From Octopus bimaculoides (taxonomy: Eukaryota): a stretch of DNA of 64,000 nucleotides. Under the pieces are notes generated by a model. That model saw only the letters and a list, made by a program, of their open reading frames with translations, was not told where the DNA came from and ran no database searches. Location of the stretch: assembly GCF_001194135.2 (NCBI RefSeq), contig NC_068982.1, forward strand, positions 1,495,638 through 1,559,637. The letters are read 5' to 3'. The position numbers and the translations under genes are program-made. Shown here piece after piece: positions 26,446 to 40,103 of this stretch (position 1 is its first letter; each line of letters begins with the position of its first letter).

Positions 26446-26712
26446 CATGTGCCCCAGTTGATCAGATCAAGCGAACAGCTTGTTCGTAAAATTAATATTG
26501 CAGTAGCTGAGTATTCCGCAGGAACACGTAACCCTTAACGTAGTTCTCAGATTCAGTGTGACACAGAATGTGAAAATGCTGTCACTTTGAAATACGGATA
26601 CTTCTCATTTTTCCCAGCAGAGTGGACTGGAGCTACGTGAGATAAAGTGTCTTGCTCAAGGACACAATTTGCCAGGAATCGAACTCACTACCTTTTGATC
26701 GTGAGTCGAATA
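26446..26712 (-). mobile_element. tRNA-derived SINE of a second family, joined tail-to-tail to the preceding one
   Basis: GTGTCTTGCTCAAGGACAC...GGAATCGAACTCAC (B-box on minus strand). Body matches the 6255-6299 remnant and the 49.4-kb copy. Confidence 0.7.
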
Positions 26713-27879
26713 CACACGCACACTATTTTCTATATAAATATCTACGGTAAAACATGTATGTAGGCATCTATACATTTATATATAGATATTCATGTGTTCA
26801 AATATGTAAGTGTTTCTAGGAAGAAGTTCCATTCCGCGAGAAAACAGCAGGACCATTGTCGAGTGGGAAATAAATAAACGAAAATCTAATTTACCTCACT
26901 TGTATGCATTCATAGAAACAAAGTTAAAAGCCAGATCGTATCAAAATGATTTGAAACTTTGTGGAATCGGAATCCCCTGTATTTATGCCGCGAATAATAA
27001 CCTCAGCTAACTGCGTCAACGGTAGCATTGTGAGCACGGTGAAAGATTGATTTATATTGCTCTAAATATGAATTATTAAGCTCTGTATTGGATCTAAGCT
27101 TTTAAATATTTTTGAGAAGCATTTTAGTCACACACACAGCACATAAGTACGCACACACACACACACACACACACTCACGCACAGACACGCATTCACCCCC
27201 CCCTTCCCCACACACACATACACATAGACATACACATACACATACACACACACACAAACGCTTGTATGATAAATTTGTGTGGACAAACATATGTACATAC
27301 ACAAAATCAGCATATTTTCTTAGACTCGTTCCAGTCGTTAAACTGCAAATATGTCAACGCTCTGCTTTCGAGGGTTTCAATGATGGAAGCAACCCCAACA
27401 TTTATTTCAGTCTCCTACTTATTTTATAGATCTCTCTACTGTAAACCACAAAATTACAGAATATAAAATGTATTGTTCGCAAAATACAGCATTTTATATG
27501 CTTATAAACATCAGCGCAGTCATAAACGCTTGCATATGCTTATCGTCTTCTTGGCCATCTGTTTCTGTCACGTAGAATGGGTCTGTTGAAGATTCAGTGA
27601 ATATGGAGAAAAGCAAAACCTAATGTGCAAATTATTCCTAACTGGACACATATAGTGGTGATGAAATTTTTAAATCCCGCTTCTGAGCATACTTTATATT
27701 CGTTTTTTTATCCCTTCACTAGATTCGATTTTTAGCTTTTCAAAGTGTTTAACTGACTGAAATTATCTTCCCCATCATAGATAGTCTTTCGCCCGTTCAC
27801 ATTTCACCCAGTTCATGTTTTAGGAATGCAGTTCCGAATTATTCAAATCCTTGAAACGTTAACTTTGTTCTACCGTTTA

Positions 27880-27952
27880 CTGTTTTCTTTCTTTTTGCAG
27901 TTAAAGAGTTGTGGAAATCGGCTAACAGTGATTCCGACAACCTGATAAAAGG
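27880..27952 (-). mobile_element. Possible mariner/Tc1 terminal sequence
   Basis: Minus strand TATCAGGTTGTCGGAA resembles mariner TIR starts. Confidence 0.3.
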
Positions 27953-28013
27953 ATCACTATACATACATACATACATACATACATACATACATACATACAT
28001 ACATACATACATA

Positions 28014-28140
28014 GAACATCCTTCCGTTATAGAATACATTCATAAACACCAGCTGAAGGAATACTGGTGGAATATTCCCATCAAAACGTCTGTCAAATGT
28101 AAGCATAACAGGCCGGATATTGTTGTTTGGGACAGAGAAT
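28014..28140 (+). mobile_element. RLE endonuclease fragment of an R4-like LINE, starting directly after (CATA)n
   Basis: EHPSVIEYIHKHQLKEYWWNIPIKTSVKCKHNRPDIVVWDRE contains the RPDIV catalytic motif of RLE endonucleases. Confidence 0.85.
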
Positions 28141-30208
28141 TTAGTACGAATGTAATATAAAATCGTGCCATTGAGTCTTTCCTCTTTGCTACAATTCTGG
28201 CAAATGAATGTAGAAAGGTAATTAATCCTTTCTAAATAACATCAGTAAATAAAAAGTCGATCGTAAATTATAAAAAAAGGAGAGAATTTCTGAACATAAT
28301 AGAAATAACAGTTAAAAGTTAAACACCCAGCAAAACATCGGGCTCGTTTTGAATTTCCGAAAAGAGGCGTAAAAATGTTGCAGTTCAAATGAATTTGGAT
28401 GATTAACATTGTATTTCAAATTCACGTAGGAGTTAAAATGCTTAAAATGTCAGAAAACGCGTATTTTCCCTATATATTAAAAAAGAACAAAAAAAACTCA
28501 GGAATTCAGGTGAAGTTCTCAAAACTGTCTGAGAAAGTCAGTACATTGGTTTATATGGAATTTATTTTCTCTAACGAGATTCTTAGAATATTTTGCCGAT
28601 TGCAAAAGAATCTATTTCGTATTACAAGGGAATTATCGGCAGATAATGCAACTAATATCTCTTCGTTGAATAGTAATATGTGAATTAGACTCGCAAACTT
28701 TACAAAACTTGTATTGAGTTGAATAGCTTCTTGCAGAATTTAATGTAAGGCATAAAACTAGTAAATGATCCTGTGATTTACTGGAATTTCATTTGCTTCT
28801 GTCTTCGAGTGGTGAAACTGAATTTCCAACGATAAATAGCGACAGAAATAGTAAACCTACTGGTGATTCGCGAAAGCAGCGCCTGAATAGAATCTGAGAT
28901 TCTATATATATCGTTGATAGAGAAATTGCTGCTACGTCTAGCCGCAGAATCTACCATTGTACATGCCAACGAAGGCCGAAATTATTATCCTCTGATAGGT
29001 CCGGTGGTGGTTGTGGATGATTGTCTCCCGTTAGCGATATAAACAGAACTGCTTATATGCATCACAGGTCTATATGGGAGGTTCTCTCGTGTTAAATAAA
29101 GCAGTATTTTGTGTTCTAACAAAATATCCACTTTTAAGTAGGGATAAATATTACCTTTGGAATTTGAAATGCTTTTGCAGCTACATATGCACTAAAGCTA
29201 ATATATGTCTGTGTATACTTTGCTTTCAATAAGCTGGATTACTCATCAGTTTTTTTATAGATGGTGCAACGTGAAAACATGCCACAGTCCAAACATTACA
29301 ATCCCAATTTTACGGCACTAGATGAAATTTAAATCGATACTAGATATCCTTGAAAACATATAGTTTATTATATATCCATATCGTTGTTCTCACATCGAAA
29401 TATATATAAAGCTGACGTCTCGTGCATAAAAACTTTGCATTGATACAATTAAAAAAAAATTCTTAACTTCACACTTATGAATTCAAATCATTGATTCGTT
29501 GCAACAATAGAGGTAATTATTAGATGTGTTATTGCAACTTTCTTTGGGAACCAGCGTACTTATATGTCACATAAACGATTTCATCAACACATAAACCAAA
29601 TTAGTTGATTATATTTGGTATTTGTATCTACTTGACAACAAGTATCATCACCCATTCCATATCTGCCATTATTCTTTATGCTACTGAGTCTATAAATATA
29701 CATACGCTTTACACACACACATACACACACACACGTATGTATATAAATATATATATGTATACATATATATATACATTCATACATAGGTGCATAGATTATT
29801 AGTATACATAAGTATATATGAATGCATATGTATATGTGCATATATGTGTGTGTGCATGTATATGTGTATGTATATGTGCATGTATGTGTGTGTGTGTGAG
29901 TGTACCGCTGGTATACACCCCACTTGGATTTTACCACTGATGTTCCACTCACTATGAAGCATGTGTATCCCAGAGTTTTCCTATTCCATTCTGTAACTTT
30001 TGTATTCTATTTCGCACACTCGGCAACACTGGTCGTCCACCGTGGAATATAAAAAGAGACTTTTTTTCTGTTCGTCGTTTTTCGATAAAGAAAAATAATC
30101 TGCAACCTTCCGTTTCAATAAACCACTTTTGTTCCTGACATTTGTTTTTTTTAATATTTACTACAGATTGCTCGAAGCTAACTTGCTTCCTACACCTTGA
30201 TTCCTGGA

Positions 30209-30254
<46 letters not shown>

Positions 30255-30789
30255 GTATGTATGCATATACACACACACATATATACATACATACATGCAA
30301 GCATACGTACATACATACATGCATACATACATACATACATATATACATACATACATACACATATGTCATCTAATAGTTTTATAATAAGCTTATTTAACAT
30401 ATCTTTAGTATTCGTAAGAGAAGTTAATGTCCTATAGGCTAAGTCATGGTGTTCCATAATAAAAATTGAAAGAAGATTTGTAATGAACAAAGATAAACAT
30501 CTTTCATACAAAAAACAAAAAAGACCAAAAACAAAACAAAAACAAAACAAAGACAAAAATTACACCTCATCAAGACAAACGCTTTTCCATCTTCGTTTCT
30601 TATAGAAACGTCTTGATTGCCGAAATACTTTCATTATGTCTTTAATATACTGTAATTTATATTTCCTTTGTAATTGCTATTTACTAGAAAACGTTTCACA
30701 AGAACTGGACTTTGGATCGACGTTCGATACAACATTGCAAATTCTGACATTGAAATATCATCGATAAAGTAGCTCTTATTTTCTTTCTT

Positions 30790-31119
30790 TTAATTCTTTC
30801 AGTCATTAGACAGATGCCATGCTGGCGCACCGACTTCAAGAACTTTCAAAACCGAGTGAATAAATCACAGTGCATATCTCTTGATGCCTTGTACTTATTT
30901 TATCGACCGCATTTGCCGAACTGCTAGATTACCGGGACGTAAACACACTAACACCGGTTATCAAGCGGTGGTGTGGACGCACAGAGACAAAGACACACAC
31001 ATACACACTCACAAACACACATACACACATATATATATATATATACATACATACATACATACATATANNNNNNNNNNNNNNNNNNNNNNNNNNNNNNNNN
31101 NNNNNNNNNNNNNNNNNNN

Positions 31120-31159
<40 letters not shown>

Positions 31160-31315
31160 GACGGGCGTCTTTTAGTTTCCGTCTATCAAATCCACTCACA
31201 CGGGTTTGGTTGACCCGGGGTTATTGTAGAAGGCACTTGCCCAACGTGCAATCCAGTGAGACTGAACTCGGAACCATGTGGTTGGGAAGCAAATTTCTTA
31301 CCACTCAACCACGTA
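30790..31315 (-). mobile_element. tRNA-derived SINE with CORE-like segment and internal microsatellite (gap inside)
   Basis: Minus strand GGTTCCGAGTTCAGTCTCACTGG..GCACGTTGGGCAAGTGCCTTCTAC (B-box plus CORE-like CTTGGGCAAG). Same family as 58335, 59630 and 61850. Confidence 0.8.
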
Positions 31316-31379
31316 TGGACTGAGAGTGAGAAAAATTGATTTTCTTGCTCGTGCTACTGTAAATCTCAGCTGGAGACGC

Positions 31380-31430
31380 TCACGTGACGTGACCGATGCT
31401 TGAAAAAATACATAGATACTGAAAATGGCG
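31380..31430 (+). promoter_or_regulatory. Candidate promoter motifs: TCACGTGAC E-box and YY1-like AAAATGGCG overlapping an ATG
   Basis: Motif match only. Confidence 0.25.
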
Positions 31431-31500
31431 ACAATATATAGTAATAGCGGCAGCAACAACAATTTGTATAACCGTCATGGTAATGATAATGATGATGATG

Positions 31501-31574
<74 letters not shown>

Positions 31575-31582
31575 GATGAAGT

Positions 31583-31631
<49 letters not shown>

Positions 31632-31700
31632 GATGATGATGAGGCAGGAGTAAATCTGAAAAGGAGTAATCATAAAGCTAAAAGAACAAAGAATGTGTAA
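31425..31700 (+). CDS. Hypothetical 91-aa poly-Asp ORF or first exon; may be only a (GAT)n microsatellite
   Basis: MATIYSNSGSNNNLYNRHGND(D)n...EAGVNLKRSNHKAKRTKNV. ATG in AAAATGG context. No homology recognised. Confidence 0.15.
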
Positions 31701-34099
31701 CGCAGAAAACAACGGTCAAATCCCACCAATTGATTATTAAATACAAGCAGCAAATTTTCTTTGAGTACAAAAATGATAATGATAATTAGCACGTCCAAAG
31801 CAAAACAATTGAAAGTAAGATGTTTGAATGAATTCTATACATAAAACTATTAGATCACAAAACACTATCATTAATGTCATCACTTGTTCAAATCATTTTA
31901 TAACCAATAAAAGTGGAAATGTAAATAAATGGCAATCAGCTCTGAAGCAAGTGATAAAGTATCTTCTAATCATGGAAAAAATATTGACTATTAACGATGT
32001 TGCCTAAGCGTGTTTACTTTCAGTAATATTTTCAGTGTGAAATTATACGATGCTATGAATACGATAGAAATGTGGAGAGATACACAGGAAGATAACAAAA
32101 CGCTAATAAGTTCAACGCAACCCGTATATTACATAATCTATGTGTTGGTATACAAAAGAAATGATTTATATTTCTCTGATACGACTAAACTACTTCCATT
32201 CCGGATCATAAGGCATCATTCTATCTAGTTCTCTTAAGAATCACGTAGTTCCAGCAGCGCACTGACGGGGCAGCAGCGGCGGCATATCAGCAAATTAGTC
32301 AATACCTTGTCAGTAGAAATTTGGAGAGGACTCTGTACTATAGCTTGTGATGCATATGTTATAGATGCAAGGGTGTGTATTTGAGTGGTATATCTTGGAG
32401 AAAGTTGCTAACCTCGAAAAGAAAAAGTTTTCAAACAAATTTTAGCGAGAAAATACTTTCTGATATTTGTTCCACCCATGTTGCTTGCGGAGCCCTTATT
32501 ACTTCCACCAACGGAAATGAAACGAAACGGTAATTAGCCACGACTCTGTATCCAATAAACAATATGTATCTTTAACTTTTATCTTTTACTAGTTTCAGCC
32601 AGAGACTGAGGCCAAACTGGAGCATCGCTTTTCAGAGTGTTTGCGTTTCTTTCCAGTGCTGTTTCTGGTGAAGTAGCGAGTTGAACGGAACTTCTTTTCT
32701 TTGTGTCTCATCGCGATCTTGTTCAAATTTGTCCAAACGCTCTTTGAGGTCCACCAAATGTTGTCGATCTTGAAACCCAAGCTCTTATTGTAATAGATCT
32801 TTATACTTGATGGAGAAGGCAGAATATTTGGTCGTATGCTGTGCTGTCCAGTTCGATGGTTGGTAAAAGGAGATAAATGCCACATTGTAATTCTGTGGCT
32901 ACATATAATAGCAAGAATTTTAGTTATATTTCAAAGTTTTTGAACTTTTAATTGGTAATTAAAAATTTCTCTGGCCAGAATATATTACTAATTTATTGAA
33001 TTAAGGCTAAAACAATCTGGTTATCATCCTGCTTACCCCTCTCCCCCTCTCTCCCTATATCTCTGCCCCCACCTCTCAGCATTTATAAGTATTTCAGCGC
33101 ATCGTATTGCAAATGAAGTGTTATTGGTTCTCTTAAAGTGTTAGCTTATGATGGCATTGATGTTTGAGAGAACAGCAAATCTTTCAATCGGCGGAATTAC
33201 TTCTTAACTCTACCCGTCGAATCCGTGGGTGGAACAACCATAGCTTCCGCCCTTATACATCTGTATTAACCTAGAACTCCATGAAATAAATCTGCTTAAG
33301 GTAAATTGTTGATCATTGAATTAGCAAAACAATCATAGCTGGTCATATTTATATCGAAATATCTAATATGCTAAGATATTTCAGAAACACTTGTAGCAAT
33401 AATCTAGGCATAAGAGAAAAGAAAAAAGTAAGTAAACTTATCAGAATGGCATTTCGAAAAGAAAAAGTCAAATTCCTAATTATCTGGTAAATAATAGAAG
33501 AAAAGTTCGGCAATAGTAATTCTAGTGTGCGATAACTAAAAAGATTGTAAGGATATTGTTACAAAAGTAAACTCGATAGCAATTGTGGAAATAGATCTGT
33601 CTCTTATCACCAAGAAATGATCGTAGCAGAAACTAATCAAAGTAATTATCAGAGCAATTTTCAATCCCATTTTTCTTGTTGGTAGAGTACTGAGGTAAAC
33701 AGAACAGAGACTTGATATACAAGTGACAAAGAAATATATAGAATGTTGCCAAAATATCCCTGACTAAATGCGGAGCTTCTTTGATATTCGTTTCAGTAAC
33801 CTGGTTTTCGGAGGAATAAGAATAACCAGGCGTTTATGTATAACATTTCTGTGTTCATACGTGCTGAAATATGAATTCTCAGTACACGCACGTGCAAAAT
33901 AATACTTATTTCTATTGCATACACATACACACAGTCACAAAAATTGCTACATTATATACAAACATACATACTTACATACACACAAATACACACACACACG
34001 TGCGCGCGCGCGCACACACACATACACACACACACACACACAATCACAGACACACACATACGAACACATGTGTGAGTATGTTTGTGTGCGTGTGTATGT

Positions 34100-34155
<56 letters not shown>

Positions 34156-34431
34156 ACATACATACATACATACATAAAATAATAATTATTATATCTAAAT
34201 CTCTCTGGAGGAGACTACGGCAACAGTACTGGGTATTAATTGTTATCGCCAAGCTAACATGGCAGTCCAGAAAAGTAGGACGAATGCTATCGTCAATTTG
34301 CTCTAACAAAGCCATCACCTCTAGCTAGCTATGTGACACACAAACCTGTATCCATTACAACCTTCGAAGACGGGCGGTCACCAGCTTCCACTTGCTTGTT
34401 CAACATCCATATAAATATATANNNNNNNNNN

Positions 34432-34487
<56 letters not shown>

Positions 34488-34836
34488 GGAGCAGATATTC
34501 AGGAGTGAATATTTATATAGATATTGTTATTGTTATTATTATCGAGGGCAATATAAATAATTGGTAATAACAGCAATAACAATATAACTGGTCGCAGGCC
34601 TAATTTAGCGTTATATAGTCATATAATTAAAATTTTACGCAAAGCACTTCAGAGAGCCAGGAAATTTCAACATCACGGGTTGGGAAGATTTTTTGAAATG
34701 GTGGACACGTGCTATTGAAGGTAAGATTTATGTCAACCCAGAAACCGTTCCACTTGTATACTATTACTAATAAATATATAGCATCCTGCCATAGAGTTAT
34801 GGGAAGCAATTTTTTCGATCCGTTTGCCCGGATACG

Positions 34837-34933
<97 letters not shown>

Positions 34934-35367
34934 GTATTGTTATATTTTGTGATGGTCACTAATTGCCAAATTAACACACGCACTATATATTTCTTCTTCA
35001 CTTTGTCTAGAAATCTTTCTTTGTGCCCTTTGTCTGGAAATCTTTTATCACACATTTTATGACCTCTTCAGCGACTCTCCATCCCACGTGTCGTTTCGTG
35101 CTCTGTTTAGTCCACTATGTCTTTCTATGGTGTGTACTTCTATCTGCGCATGCGATAGCGTCTGTATCTATGTATGTCTGCGTGCGTGTGTGTATACGTC
35201 CAACCAGCATGGTCAACGAATCTTAGATTATGATGATGATGACGATATGTATAGATATGGGCCTACATACATATACATAAACACACACACTCACACCTCT
35301 TATTAATACTTTGCATGTACCACGTGCTTACGTTGTCTTTTTCTCGTGTCTTTTTTTCTCCGTTTGT

Positions 35368-35436
35368 AAGGGCAGACGAGATACCGCCAAGTATTTCACC
35401 CGCCGTGCTAACAACTCTGCCAGTTCGCCGCCCTAT
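35368..35436 (-). mobile_element. SINE head fragment
   Basis: CGTGCTAACAACTCTGCCAGTTCGCCGCC, same family as 10565-10676. Confidence 0.7.
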
Positions 35437-35439
35437 TGC

Positions 35440-35612
35440 GGTATTGTAATATGGAGCTGGCTTTTCGGAAGTTGATTCAGCAGACGATATGTCGGAAACA
35501 CGTCTGCTAATGTTATTAACTAATCGTTTGATGACTGAGGGTGGATTGTCAGAGTCTATGTCAATGTGGGAGGTATCATAATTTTGTTTATAGAAACGTG
35601 TGTCCATGGCAC
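35440..35612 (-). mobile_element. Penelope-like element RT C-terminal fragment
   Basis: FYKQNYDTSHIDIDSDNPPSVIKRLVNNISRRVSDISSAESTSEKPAPYYNTA resembles the PLE motif SNHPP.I.K.....I.RR.S..SS....F..A.P.Y..AL. Confidence 0.8.
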
Positions 35613-36919
35613 ATAAAACGACATATATACGTTTACACACATACAAACATACACGCGAGTGTTTGCATTTGTGTACATATATAGAGTTTAGGAATTAATG
35701 GAAGACGATAAAGAACCTCCATAGCCTCGATGGAATTAAAATATAAGTAGATAAAAACATACTGTTTGAAAGGAAACATTGTTAATATAACTATGAATAA
35801 AAGAAATTGATAGGTTTGATTAAAAATGAATTGTTAACTGATGTTGCATGAGTGGTGAAAATTAGTTGGATATAGAAATGAGCATGAAAATAATTGTTTT
35901 AAGTTATGAAATGAAACGTTAATATTTGATCTTTTATGCTTGATAAGTATTAGCCGTTTTTATTTGAAGCATCATGCTGCAATAGTAATTAATTTTACTT
36001 TCGAATAATTCAAGTTCAAAGTGTAATTAATAATAGAATCATTTGCAAGTTATACATTTTTTAGACTTTTCTATCGAAATTTATTATCTGTAGCGTTTAG
36101 TGTAATAATTTTCAAATAACACTTTTCAGTTATGGCTATCACTTACCGCTTTGTGGTATACAAATACATTTAATAAAGTTCCTGAAATACATATGATGTA
36201 GATGCGAATAGAATCGTGTACAATTCAATAGAACTTCCATATCACACGCTAATTGTAGCATTTAATTGTCGTGTGTACATTCATTCTTCTACAAATTTAC
36301 GGACATTAGCGAATTACAGTAAAACAGTTATTGCAAAACCTGTCTTATATCCAAATATGCATAAAATTACAAGATAAGTTAAAGAGATAATGTGGAAAAT
36401 ATTAGAGCATAATGTGAATATTGATCTACAGATATTTCTGAAGAAAAGACTACTATGGCGAATATATTCCAGTGTGTATCATGACATGAAAGAAGATCTT
36501 TACATCTGTTTCACATGGCATATGAATTATCTATTGAATATAAATGTTTTACTTCGACTGTTTCTTTGATTTTTCCATCAACTATTTGCGGAAGAGCTAC
36601 TTCCTTCAAGAAAACAAATGACTCCTTTCTAAATTGTTCACTAAGAAATAATGCAAAACATTTTATTGAAAATATCGATCCAAATTAACATTACATTATA
36701 GAAAATACAACCTGTAGATATAAAGATTCAAAATATTACAAGGGAAGTGATTTTTTTCAGGTTATATGTACCGTTGAAGCCAATCAAATTGTAGCGTGCA
36801 GAATCTTTCTCTTGCTCTCACTCCATCTCTCTCTCTCTCACACACACATATATTTATATTCATAATCATACGTATGTGTGTGTGTATGCTGTATATGTAC
36901 ATATATGACCGCTGCACCA

Positions 36920-37400
36920 TAGACGTGACGTTTGCTGTGCGTCAAGCCAAGAAGTGTATTGGAGAATAGATGGCTTTGTATTAAATTTTCATTGACGTGA
37001 CCAAAATTTTCAACACAGTTTCTTCAGATTTAAACTGACAACAGAGAAGCTTTATGGACCACCCTACCAATGCTGATCTGCCTAGGCATGTTCACCTCAC
37101 TGGTAACACTGTTCCACGACAACATGAGCGGCCAAATTATCTGCAATGGTGACTGCACCAAGTCCTTCAAATTCTACAATGGCGTGCAACTGGGCTGCGC
37201 AAATGGTCCCTCACCTCGTCTTCTCCAAATTATCTTGCATGCAGGTCCTACTCCACAGAGTGAAAGACCTATCTCTGGGCGTATACGTTAAATATCAAGA
37301 CGGTGACTTTTGACACTCGCCGACTCTCGAACCATGATGGTGGAAAAACTCATAACTGAAACACTATTTAAAAATGACTGCGTCGGCAGTGAGGTTTTCT
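36920..37400 (+). mobile_element. RTE-clade LINE reverse-transcriptase fragment, decayed
   Basis: IDVTFAVRQ, FIDVTKIFNTV, EALWTTL, MFTSLVTLFHDNMSGQIICNGD..KSFKFYNGVQLGC and EKLITETLFKND-C (LFADD equivalent). Confidence 0.85.
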
Positions 37401-37873
37401 TTCATATCCAAGTCCCTATTATTTATCAATACCTATATATATATATATATACATATNNNNNNNNNNNNNNNNNNNNNNNNNNNNNNNNNNNNNNNNNNNN
37501 NNNNNNNNNNNNNNNNNNNNNNNNNNNNNNNNNNNNNNNNNNNNNNNNNNNNNNNNNNNNNNNNNNNNNNNNNNNNNNNNNNNNNNNNNNNNNNNNNNNN
37601 NNNNNNNNNNNNNNNNNNNNNNNNNNNNNNNNNNNNNNNNNNNNNNNNNNNNNNNNNNNNNNNNNNNNNNNNNNNNNNNNNNNNNNNNNNNNNNNNNNNN
37701 NNNNNNNNNNNNNNNNNNNNNNNNNNNNNNNNNNNNNNNNNNNNNNNNNNNNNNNNNNNNNNNNNNNNNNNNNNNNNNNNNNNNNNNNNNNTATATATAT
37801 ATATATATATATACATATATACATATGTATACATATATGTATGTATGTTTTTTAATGTGTGTGTGCATTCTAG

Positions 37874-38780
37874 AAATAATGCGGTTTTTCTATACTTCTA
37901 TTTTTCAAAATTAGGATAAACAAAGTTCTTTTTTAATCTAAAATATACTCTCCTTCATTTTCTATAATGCTCTTATATCTATCTGGTAGACTTGCAAGCT
38001 CCTCTTCCAAAATTCGCTTGTCGGTGACGAAAAATACTCCTCCAGTACTGTTCTGACCTCGTCTACAAAATTCATATATTTTTTCCGTCCAAGTGATTTT
38101 GAAAGACTGCGGAATAAATGATAAGCAGATGAAGGAATATCCGGCGAATATGGGTGGGTGGTGCATTGTTTCCTATTCAAACTGCTCCACCGTTTGGAAG
38201 GTCATCGTCACTGTATGTGGCCGAACATTATCCTGATGGATCTTTCGTCTTGAAATCAAAGATAATCGTTTTCCTTCTAGCGCTGACTTGAATAACTGGT
38301 TGAGTGACCAAATCCAAGCTACCCTGCAAGTTCCTCGACAGTTACGATGGGATTTTGTTTCACCGGGGTTTGCAGGACGCCCTCGTCGAGCTCTACAGAT
38401 CTTCCAAAACGAGGCTTGTTTTCTAGGCTGTTGTTTCCGGCTCGAAATATCTGGAACCACTGTTGACACTGGTTTACACTTATTGTCCGATTCCCCATAT
38501 ACTGCATTAATATTCCACGCACATTCCGTTGCGTTGTTGCCTTTATTGAACTCATAAAGCAAAATATGTCGAATATACTCCTTTGTCAATTCTAATATAG
38601 CTTTGAAAAAATAAATGTTAAAATCGAACTGCACTCTTCAAAACTTGCACTAAGAATAAGTACAAGATAAAATTACTACCTGCTTTTATAGCAAGTTGAT
38701 GCAGGTAGTTTATCCCATACCCCTCCGACTTCTAGTTGATGCAATTGAAAAAACCGCATTATTTATGGGATGACCTAATA
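37874..38780 (-). mobile_element. Internally deleted (non-autonomous) mariner with TIRs
   Basis: 5' TIR TATTAGGTCATCCCATAAATAATGCGG at 38780. YIRHILLYEFNKGNNATECAWNINAVYG...KPRFGRSVELDE...VEELA, then a direct jump to KSALEGKR..HQDNVRPHT..HPPYSPDIPSSAYHLFRS. Partial 3' TIR at 37874. Same family as 21792-22227. Confidence 0.95.
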
Positions 38781-39897
38781 TATACCAATATTTGTAGAGG
38801 CATACGCATACATATGTACAATGTTGTATACTCTCACTCGCACACAAGCACAAATGCATATATATATATATATANNNNNNNNNNNNNNNNNNNNNNNNNN
38901 NNNNNNNNNNNNNNNNNNNNNNNNNNNNNNNNNNNNNNNNNNNNNNNNNNNNNNNNNNNNNNNNNNNNNNNNNNNNNNNNNNNNNNNNNNNNNNNNNNNN
39001 NNNNNNNNNNNNNNNNNNNNNNNNNNNNNNNNNNNNNNNNNNNNNNNNNNNNNNNNNNNNNNNNNNNNNNNNNNNNNNNNNNNNNNNNNNNNNNNNNNNN
39101 NNNNNNNNNNNNNNNNNNNNNNNNNNNNNNNNNNNNNNNNNNNNNNNNNNNNNNNNNNNNNNNNNNNNNNNNNNNNNNNNNNNNNNNNNNNNNNNNNNNN
39201 NNNNNNNNNNNNNNNNNNNNNNNNNNNNNNNNNNNNNNNNNNNNNNNNNNNNNNNNNNNNNNNNNNNNNNNNNNNNNNNNNNNNNNNNNNNNNNNNNNNN
39301 NNNNNNNNNNNNNNNNNNNNNNNNNNNNNNNNNNNNNNNNNNNNNNNNNNNNNNNNNNNNNNNNNNNNNNNNNNNNNNNNNNNNNNNNNNNNNNNNNNNN
39401 NNNNNNNNNNNNNNNNNNNNNNNNNNNNNNNNNNNNNNNNNNNNNNNNNNNNNNNNNNNNNNNNNNNNTATATATATATATATGTATGTGCATTTGTATG
39501 TATGCATAGCTATGTATTTGCGTGTTGGTGTCTCCACATGTGTGCTTTTCATTTGTATCTCTGTTCATTTAAAATCAATAGATTTTAACGAATATACTTT
39601 TGTGTCTTACAAAGAATTTTCCAGTTGAGAATAAATATCTCTGTCGAACACGGCGTGTGTACCTGACTGAATTTTGAACGCTGACTGTCGAACACTCTCA
39701 ATTGCTGTAATAGCGCAAATAACGTATTTTTCAACTCAAAGTGTCACGCAGAATTAGTTAATTAGTTAATTAATATCTATTAAAATATTAAAAACACAGC
39801 GACATATTGTGAATATAATATCGATCTATAGTTATTTGTTGAAAAATTACATAGGTTTACTCTCTATCTCTGTCTCACCTCCTTGAATCTCACTCAC

Positions 39898-39949
<52 letters not shown>

Positions 39950-40026
39950 ACATCCCAAACGCACACATACATATAAACACATATGCACACATATACTTAC
40001 ACACGTATACACAGATACACTGACAT

Positions 40027-40103
<77 letters not shown>

